Below are positions 56,099 through 62,481 of a stretch of 64,000 nt of DNA, one piece after another. Both the position numbers and the translations under genes were made by a program. The stretch is from the NCBI GenBank assembly GCA_028694155.1, contig JAQUTY010000004.1, forward strand, positions 13,773 to 77,772, written 5' to 3'. Numbering within the stretch: the stretch's first letter is position 1; each line of letters starts with the position of its first letter. The DNA comes from Eubacteriales bacterium (lineage in GTDB: Bacteria > Bacillota > Clostridia > Christensenellales > CAG-138). The notes beneath the pieces were generated by a model. It did not search any database, had not been told where the DNA came from, and saw only the letters and a program-made list of their open reading frames with translations.

Positions 56099-56614
56099 AT
56101 GGAGCATATTTTAATTGTGGGTCATCAGGGCGTTGGCAAGAGTACGCTCATAGGCAAAATTCTTAATGAGCTTCAGCTCCCTGTTTGCGGCTTTGTCACA
56201 AAGAAGGAAGCGCAGCTTGAGGACGGTTCATGCCCTGTCTACATACATTCAGCGGTTGGCGAACGCCAATACGACAAATCAAATCTAATTGGCAGCTGCA
56301 AGGATTTTTGCTCAACAGGCTATCCCGAGGTGTTTGACGCACACGCGCATCTGATTACGGGCGCGCCCGAGGGCGGCGTAATGCTCATGGACGAGCTGGG
56401 AGTAATGGAAAACAAGGCGGAGATATTCCGTGCCGCAGTCATGGGGGCATTGGACACACGACAGCTTGTAGTTGCGTCCGTTCGAGACAAGAACAGCGAA
56501 TTTTTAGATGCCGTCCGTGCGCACAAAAAGGCACGCTGCTTTTACGTTACAAAGGACAGCAGGGATAAGGTGTGGGAAGAAGTGCTAAGCTACATCAGGG
56601 CTTCAAAACGGTGA
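56099..56614 (+). CDS. P-loop NTPase (THEP1/NTPase_1-like)
   Basis: AAGGAG SD inside the end of the previous gene. Walker A GHQGVGKST, Walker B-like VMLMDELG. Size and layout resemble THEP1-type nucleoside triphosphatases. Confidence 0.6.
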   Translation: MEHILIVGHQGVGKSTLIGKILNELQLPVCGFVTKKEAQLEDGSCPVYIHSAVGERQYDKSNLIGSCKDFCSTGYPEVFDAHAHLITGAPEGGVMLMDELGVMENKAEIFRAAVMGALDTRQLVVASVRDKNSEFLDAVRAHKKARCFYVTKDSRDKVWEEVLSYIRASKR

Positions 56615-57884
56615 TTAGGCAATACACCATGTCGTGATCGGTGATATTTGTTGTTCGAGTATCTACTATTTCAAATGCCGAGGGGATAATTCCATCCGTA
56701 TACAGAATATTGTCGAGTATCTTCGGTACACTTCCGTCTCCGAAGGTGCTTTTGTCTATATTGACATAATAGATGTCGGGCAGATAGTCGTCAATGCGTG
56801 GGGGAGAGCAGTTGAAGTCGCCCGAAACGGTGTAGGCTTCAACGCCGGTTGCCTTAAGCTCATATTGGAGCGAGGCAAGGTTGATTGACTTATAGCACAT
56901 GGACGAGGGGCATAGGTGTGTGTTGAACACGTTGACCGTGCCGCCGTCAAGAAGGATTCGAGCATAGCCAAGCGACCTTCGCTCCATGCCCGATGCAACG
57001 TCCAGCTTGAAGGTTGCAGCGTCCACAATGGGATAGCGTGAGATGATAGCCGTGCCAAAGTAGCCACCCTCATACCCTGTTGCAGCCGAGAACGACCAAT
57101 AGGGATAGCCCAACGCTTTTGCCAAAAGCTCCGTGCAGTTTGCGCCCTCCACACGTCTGGTGCCAAGGTCGACCTCCTGAATGCAAACAACGTCAACGCC
57201 TTGAAGCTGTATCACCTCTGCAAGCTCGTCTACACGAGAGCCGTTGCCCATATTATGTACGTTTAAGGAACAGAGGGAATAGCTAAGGTCGCTTTGCTGC
57301 TGACAATCCACGCTGCGTGCGGAAACATAATCTGATTTCACAAATCCAACATTGCCGTTGAACAGTATCTGCGTCCAATCATTTCCGTTTGACAGCACAC
57401 GGTAACTCGTTCCAAGTGCAGCGGTACCGATTACATCGGAAGAAGTGCTGCCGCCGCTTCGAACATAGACATATTCGGAACAGTTCTCAATCGTTGCAAG
57501 CTCGATTGTTGGCTCGGTTTTAACCGTTGGCTCACCGGTAGGAGAGGGATAGGGCGTAGCCCACGGCGGTGTGGGCGATGCGTCCACGGCGTTTGGATCG
57601 GGTGTCGAAGGGGGCAGGGGGACATAGGTCAGCCTCGGAGTTGCGGTAATGACAACCGCAGGTCTGGAGGAGGGATAGCGGCGTGGGGGAGTGTGCATCG
57701 GCTCAATGATGGTGGGAGTGGGCGATGCAAGAAGCTCAACGGTATTGCCCGATGGCAAAGCAGAATACTCCGTTTCTTTGGGCGAGCCAAAGACAGACCC
57801 AACGGTGCTGCTTTGCGCCGAGCAGGCGGACAGCAGCAGCATTAGGCAAAGAACCACTATGCTCCTTTTGTATTTTACAAACAT
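56595..57884 (-). CDS. Endonuclease/exonuclease/phosphatase (EEP) family lipoprotein with SH3b-like domain
   Basis: Start at ATG 57884 gives the lipoprotein signal MFVKYKRSIVVLCLMLLLSAC; the listed ORF is extended 72 codons upstream without coding character. Pro/Thr linker, SH3-like segment (YVYVRSGGSTSSDVIG...GNDWTQILFNGNVGFVKSDYV), EEP motifs (LCSLNVHN, VVCIQEV, SGDFN, ITDHDMV). Confidence 0.7.
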   Translation of the reverse strand: MFVKYKRSIVVLCLMLLLSACSAQSSTVGSVFGSPKETEYSALPSGNTVELLASPTPTIIEPMHTPPRRYPSSRPAVVITATPRLTYVPLPPSTPDPNAVDASPTPPWATPYPSPTGEPTVKTEPTIELATIENCSEYVYVRSGGSTSSDVIGTAALGTSYRVLSNGNDWTQILFNGNVGFVKSDYVSARSVDCQQQSDLSYSLCSLNVHNMGNGSRVDELAEVIQLQGVDVVCIQEVDLGTRRVEGANCTELLAKALGYPYWSFSAATGYEGGYFGTAIISRYPIVDAATFKLDVASGMERRSLGYARILLDGGTVNVFNTHLCPSSMCYKSINLASLQYELKATGVEAYTVSGDFNCSPPRIDDYLPDIYYVNIDKSTFGDGSVPKILDNILYTDGIIPSAFEIVDTRTTNITDHDMVYCLITVLKP

Positions 57885-57890
57885 ATTAAG

Positions 57891-57919
57891 ATTATAGCAC
57901 GCTTGACAATAATTCGCAA
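57891..57919 (-). promoter_or_regulatory. Putative promoter placing the TSS on the ATG of the EEP lipoprotein gene (leaderless candidate)
   Basis: Minus strand reads TTGCGA (57919-57914), 17 nt, TGcTATAAT (-10 at 57896-57891). Only 6 nt (CTTAAT) separate the -10 from ATG 57884, and there is no SD. Confidence 0.45.
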
Positions 57920-58325
57920 TGGCTGCGCCTATGCTTGACACTTCCACATTTTTATCACCATTTGCAATCGCTTTTCCTTGAATACCTATGAGTATTATGG
58001 CTGTATTACTAGTTTTAGCGGCAGCTTGGATTAGGGGGACAGGGGGAGCGACATTTATTGGGTAGATGCCGCTGCGGTCACGGACTGGTAATTCTGGCAA
58101 AATAAAAGTACAACTGCACCATTCAAGGTGAATTAAGGCGGCTCAGTTGAACACATTTTCAGCATAATGTCAGGTGCTAACGCCAATTAACAGGAGAGCA
58201 CTCATGTGAGCAAACAAAATGACAACACAATCAAGCACCAATGTAACCATCTATCCATCTTGAAGCGCGGTATAATGCGCTGTAAAATATATTGTGGCGA
58301 TTTCGTGATTTTCGTCCTTGAGCAG

Positions 58326-58354
58326 TTGACCCTGCGTTCGGCTTGTCATATAAT
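58326..58354 (+). promoter_or_regulatory. Putative sigma-A promoter of the CBS-domain gene
   Basis: TTGACC (58326-58331), 17 nt, TATAAT (58349-58354). The AAGGAG SD follows at 58365-58370. Confidence 0.55.
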
Positions 58355-58377
58355 GGTATCAGATAAGGAGTGCAGTT

Positions 58378-58779
58378 ATGAATCTTTTGTTCTTTTTAAC
58401 TCCAAAGCAGGACGTTTGCGTTCTAAAGAAAGACTACACTATTCGCCAATCCATCGAAAAACTTAGAGCATTCAAGCATGCCGCCGTCCCTGTCATTGAC
58501 TGTGAGGGCCGTTATTGCGGTACTATCGCAGAGGGCGATTTATTGCATGTGATAATCGACCACGAGAGTCCGCGTGAGTGGGAACGCATTCCCATCTCGT
58601 CCATACTTGACAAGGAGCGCAACCCTGCGGTGAATGCTTCGACCAACGTTGATGACCTGCTGCAATCCGCCACGGAGCAAAACTTTGTTCCGGTTGTGGA
58701 CGACTACGGCGTGTTTATCGGCATCGTCACTCGAAAGGACATCATCAGGCACTTTATCACTCAGCTTGCCAACAAATAG
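58378..58779 (+). CDS. CBS-pair domain protein
   Basis: 133 aa with two CBS motifs (VPVIDCEGRYCGTIAEGDLL and VPVVDDYGVFIGIVTRKDII). Confidence 0.8.
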   Translation: MNLLFFLTPKQDVCVLKKDYTIRQSIEKLRAFKHAAVPVIDCEGRYCGTIAEGDLLHVIIDHESPREWERIPISSILDKERNPAVNASTNVDDLLQSATEQNFVPVVDDYGVFIGIVTRKDIIRHFITQLANK

Positions 58780-58799
58780 TAAGTTGTAGGTAGGCTTTG

Positions 58800-58825
58800 C
58801 TCCGAATTATTCGGAGTATTTCTTC
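58800..58825 (+). terminator. Possible terminator of the CBS gene overlapping the pepT 3' end
   Basis: CTCCGAA (58800-58806), TTA, TTCGGAG (58810-58816), then TATTTCTTC. Confidence 0.4.
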
Positions 58826-60024
58826 GCTATACCCAAAAGAATGTTCACGCAGGCCTCCATACCCTCCACGGTGATATGCTCGTAGGGGCCGTGGAAAGCG
58901 TAGCCTGCTGTGCCCAGATTGGGGCAGGGCAGACCCATATAGCTCAATCGTGCGCCGTCCGTTCCTCCACGAATAGGCTCTATGTGCGGTTCAATGCCCA
59001 GTGCGGAAATTACCGCCTTTGCATTGTCAATAAGGTGCATATGCTCCTTTAGCTGTTCCTTCATATTTAGATATTGCTCCTTAAAGCTGACCGCAGCCGT
59101 GCCGCTTCCGTACTTGTGGTTGAGCAGGTTTTCGATATGCTCCATTTGAGCTTTGCGAGCATGAAAACGCTCCAAATCGTGATCACGAATGATATAGTGC
59201 AGCTTGGCGTGTTCAACATCGCCACTCATGTCGCAAAGGTGGAAAAATCCCTCGTAGTTTTCGGTGTCACGGGGCGTTTCGCCTGACGGAAGCATTGAAT
59301 TAAATTCTATTGCGACCAAAGAAGCGTTAATCATGGTATCCTTCGAGGAGCCGGGATGCACATTAAAGCCGTTAATTACTACACGAGCTTCCATGGCGTT
59401 AAAGTTTTCATATTGCAGCTCGCCCTCTCTGCCACCGTCCACGGTATAGGCAAAGTCTGCGCCGAATGCCTCAACATCGAAGCCGTCCGCACCCGAACCA
59501 ATCTCCTCATCCGGAGTAAATCCAACACAGATTTTTCCGTGTGGGATATTTTCCGACACAAGACGCTCAAGCAGAGTCATTATCTCGGCAATGCCGGCCT
59601 TGTCATCGCTTGCAAGGAGCGTGGTGCCATCGGTGGTAATCAAGGTGCGACCCTTGAGGTCGGATAGGGATGGAAAATCTGCAACCCGTAAAACACGCTT
59701 GCCATCGCCAAGCACCACATCGCCGCCGTCATAGTTGGGAATGATCTGCGGATTTACACCTGTGCCTGAAAAGTCGGGCGCAGTATCAAGGTGAGCAATG
59801 AAGCCCAGCGCAGGGCAGTCCCCCTTGCCCTTTGTGGCAGGAAGCGTTGCATAGACGTAGCACTTTTGGTCGATGCGAGCATCGTTCAGCCCGATTGCCT
59901 TCAATTCGTCGACCAAAAGCCGACCCAGATTAAACTGTATGTCGGTGCTTGGCAGCGTCTTATCGCCATCATGGCTTGTAGTGTCTATCTTGATGTAGCG
60001 CAGGAATCTTTCTGTTACGTTCAT
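58807..60024 (-). CDS. pepT: Peptidase T (tripeptide aminopeptidase, M20B)
   Basis: GGAGGG lies 6 nt before ATG 60024; the listed start 60099 is an upstream extension. MNVTERFLRYIKIDTTS, GFIAHLDTAPD, SDDKAGIAEIM, GFTPDEEIG motifs. Confidence 0.9.
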   Translation of the reverse strand: MNVTERFLRYIKIDTTSHDGDKTLPSTDIQFNLGRLLVDELKAIGLNDARIDQKCYVYATLPATKGKGDCPALGFIAHLDTAPDFSGTGVNPQIIPNYDGGDVVLGDGKRVLRVADFPSLSDLKGRTLITTDGTTLLASDDKAGIAEIMTLLERLVSENIPHGKICVGFTPDEEIGSGADGFDVEAFGADFAYTVDGGREGELQYENFNAMEARVVINGFNVHPGSSKDTMINASLVAIEFNSMLPSGETPRDTENYEGFFHLCDMSGDVEHAKLHYIIRDHDLERFHARKAQMEHIENLLNHKYGSGTAAVSFKEQYLNMKEQLKEHMHLIDNAKAVISALGIEPHIEPIRGGTDGARLSYMGLPCPNLGTAGYAFHGPYEHITVEGMEACVNILLGIAKKYSE

Positions 60025-60083
60025 GCTCACCCTCCAATGTTTTTTCTTATTATAACAACTAATGCTCGGATATGAAAGTGGTA

Positions 60084-60112
60084 TTGATAAAAATATCAAA
60101 GAAGAGTATACT
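60084..60112 (+). promoter_or_regulatory. Putative sigma-A promoter of the M32 carboxypeptidase gene
   Basis: TTGATA (60084-60089), 17 nt, TATACT (60107-60112). The -35 is part of the palindrome TTGATA-aaaa-TATCAA (60084-60099). Confidence 0.4.
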
Positions 60113-60136
60113 CAAGAAAAAAAGAGGAGTACGACC

Positions 60137-61633
60137 ATGAAAGACACTATTGCCGCATTCAAGAAGCATCTTAGCAAGCTGGGCGCATACGAACATGCGA
60201 TGAGCAAACTGTATAACGACAGCGTGACCGTCATGCCGCCAAAGGGCAGTGAGGTTGTTGGAAACGCAATGGGCGTGTTGAGCGAGGAGGAATATAAGCT
60301 CGCTACAAGCTCGGAGCTTAGGGATATGATTGAGACCATCTTGGCGCACAAGGACGAGGTGGATTTAATTACCCTAAGAGAGGCGGAGGAGAAGCATGAG
60401 GAGCTTTGTAAGCTGGAGAAAATCCCGATGGACGAGTATGTTCAGCATCAGATAGATGTCAATGCGGCTTCGGCGGCGTGGCACGAGGCAAAGGCGACAA
60501 ATGATTTTGAGTTGTTCAGACCGCACCTTGAGAAGATGGTCGCCTTCAACAGAAAGATGGCGCACTACTACGCACCCGATAAGCCTGCTTACGACACCCT
60601 GCTCAACGAATATGAGAAGGGCTTGACAATGGAGACGCTCGATAAGTTCTTTGCAGATGTCAGAAAGAAAGTCGTTCCGCTGCTCAACGACATTGTTGCC
60701 CGTGGCAGAAGGATTGACACCGATTTTCTAGACAAGGAATACCCTGTTGACAAGCAGCGGATTCTCACGGACAGACTGATGAAAATTATGTGCATGGATC
60801 CACAGCGCAGCTGCATTGGCGAGACTGAGCATCCCTACACAATCAATTTTACAAAGAACGATGTCCGCATCATGACGCACTATCATTCCGACATGCTGCT
60901 GTCGAGCTTCTATTCGGTCGTACACGAGGCAGGTCATGCGACCTACGAGCTGAATATCGGAGACGAGCTGACCGATTCTTTTCTCGGTTCGGGCGTGAGC
61001 ATGGGCGTTCACGAATCCCAGTCTAGACTGTATGAAAACATCATTGGCAGGAGCGAGGAGTTCATGTCTGTGGTGTATGATGACCTAAAGGAGCTTTTCC
61101 CTGAGCAGTTGAAAGACGTTACCCGTGAGCAGCTGTTTTTGGCGGCAAACAAGGTCGAGCCGTCGCTTATCAGAACGGAGGCGGACGAGCTGACATATCC
61201 TCTGCACATCATGGTTCGTTATGAGCTTGAAAAGCAACTCATTTCGGGCACGCTGGAGGTCAAGGACCTTCCCAAGGCGTGGAACGAGATGATGAAGGAG
61301 TATCTTGGCGTGGACGTTCCCTCGGATACGGAGGGGGTGCTTCAGGATTCGCATTGGTCGGGCGGAATGTTCGGCTACTTCCCGTCCTACGCAATCGGCA
61401 GCGCATACGGCGCACAGATGATTGCAGCAATGAAGCAGGATTTTGATGTGATGGAACAGGTGAAATCGGGAGAATTGCAGCCCATTATCGACTGGCTCAC
61501 AGAGAGAATTTATCGCTTTGGCTGCATCAAAAAGCCTAAGGAGCTTGTTGAGAACGCTTGCAAAGCAGAGTTCGATCCAAAATACTACACCGACTACCTT
61601 TCAGAGAAATTCACCAAGATTTATCAGCTATGA
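60137..61633 (+). CDS. M32 carboxypeptidase (Taq-type thermostable carboxypeptidase 1 family)
   Basis: AAAGAGGAG lies 7 nt before ATG 60137. HEAGHATYE zinc motif, HESQSRLYEN, IRTEADELTYPLHI: M32 signatures. Confidence 0.88.
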   Translation: MKDTIAAFKKHLSKLGAYEHAMSKLYNDSVTVMPPKGSEVVGNAMGVLSEEEYKLATSSELRDMIETILAHKDEVDLITLREAEEKHEELCKLEKIPMDEYVQHQIDVNAASAAWHEAKATNDFELFRPHLEKMVAFNRKMAHYYAPDKPAYDTLLNEYEKGLTMETLDKFFADVRKKVVPLLNDIVARGRRIDTDFLDKEYPVDKQRILTDRLMKIMCMDPQRSCIGETEHPYTINFTKNDVRIMTHYHSDMLLSSFYSVVHEAGHATYELNIGDELTDSFLGSGVSMGVHESQSRLYENIIGRSEEFMSVVYDDLKELFPEQLKDVTREQLFLAANKVEPSLIRTEADELTYPLHIMVRYELEKQLISGTLEVKDLPKAWNEMMKEYLGVDVPSDTEGVLQDSHWSGGMFGYFPSYAIGSAYGAQMIAAMKQDFDVMEQVKSGELQPIIDWLTERIYRFGCIKKPKELVENACKAEFDPKYYTDYLSEKFTKIYQL

Positions 61634-62163
61634 TAGCCACCATAGAACGGCTGCTTAGGAACAAGGATAGGGTCATTGTAGCCATAGACGGCATGGCGGC
61701 ATCGGGCAAGACCACGCTTGCAGGTGAGCTTGATGGGATATTTTCGGCAACGGTCATACATATGGACGACTTTTTCCTGCCCACGGAGCTTCGCACGCAG
61801 GAGCGTTACGCCCAAATTGGCGGCAACGTACACTATGAGCGATTCATTGACGAGGTGCTAAAGCCGCTGCAAGGACATGATATGCTTGCCTTCAGGCGGT
61901 TCGACTGCCATAGCATGGCGTATTCCATCGTCGAGCCGTTTTATCCCAAGCAGCTCATCATAGTCGAGGGAGCATATGCGCTGCATCCGAAATTTGGCAG
62001 GTATTACGATCTGCCGATAGTATTAAGAATTGATGCGGACGAGCAAAAGAAACGTATTCTGGCACGAAACGGCACGGACGGTTGGAAGAACTTCGAACAG
62101 CGGTGGATACCCATGGAGAATGCTTATCTGTCCGAACTGCGTTCGCTTCCGAACCAAATGTAA
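61630..62163 (+). CDS. P-loop kinase-like protein (uridine kinase/PRK family-like)
   Basis: ATG 61630 overlaps the M32 stop (ATGA). Walker A IDGMAASGKTT, then VIHMDDFF. 177 aa. Confidence 0.6.
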   Translation: MIATIERLLRNKDRVIVAIDGMAASGKTTLAGELDGIFSATVIHMDDFFLPTELRTQERYAQIGGNVHYERFIDEVLKPLQGHDMLAFRRFDCHSMAYSIVEPFYPKQLIIVEGAYALHPKFGRYYDLPIVLRIDADEQKKRILARNGTDGWKNFEQRWIPMENAYLSELRSLPNQM

Positions 62164-62186
62164 GGACTAACCATTTTGACAAGCTG

Positions 62187-62212
62187 AAGCCCTCATATCC
62201 GAGGGCTTTTTG
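62187..62212 (+). terminator. Rho-independent terminator
   Basis: AAGCCCTC (62187-62194), loop ATATCC, GAGGGCTT (62201-62208), then TTTT. Confidence 0.8.
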
Positions 62213-62387
62213 CTTATTTACACTAATAATTGTAGCCCCTGACAGACGTGAACACACCCGTCCCATTTCGGCACCAGCCGACAACAAACGTATAAATATA
62301 CGCACTTTGCATAACTATACCGCCAAAAATATCCACATATATGACGAAAACTGTTCACACTTACACAAACAAATGTTCAAAGAAGCG

Positions 62388-62396
62388 TGGTATAAT
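62388..62396 (+). promoter_or_regulatory. Extended -10 element upstream of propeller paralog B
   Basis: TGgTATAAT at 62388-62396. No good -35. Would give a leader of about 80 nt. Confidence 0.35.
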
Positions 62397-62481
62397 GGCG
62401 ATGATGGAAAATTATGGGGACGTATTTTTATTCATCTGGTTTTGAGATTGCCCCCAATATATGGGCTTGAAGGAGTAAAAA

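Noticed and set aside
53358-57884. Search by eye for selenoprotein genes (ORFs interrupted by in-frame TGA followed by a hairpin) near the yedE/yedF cluster and near ygeW/ygeY
   Set aside because: I found no pair of adjacent same-frame ORFs separated by a single TGA. The inspection was not exhaustive, and a SECIS-aware gene finder would be needed to exclude it.
57885-58100. 72-codon N-terminal extension of the EEP lipoprotein ORF (listed start 58100)
   Set aside because: The extension has no signal-peptide or domain character and runs through the promoter elements. The internal ATG 57884 yields a canonical lipoprotein signal.
58206-58466. 86-aa ORF with a reasonable SD (AGGAGAG 8 nt before GTG 58206)
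   Set aside because: It reads through the strong CBS-gene promoter and overlaps the CBS gene out of frame by about 90 nt. Its Cys/basic-rich composition resembles no family. It remains only a remote possibility for a small protein.
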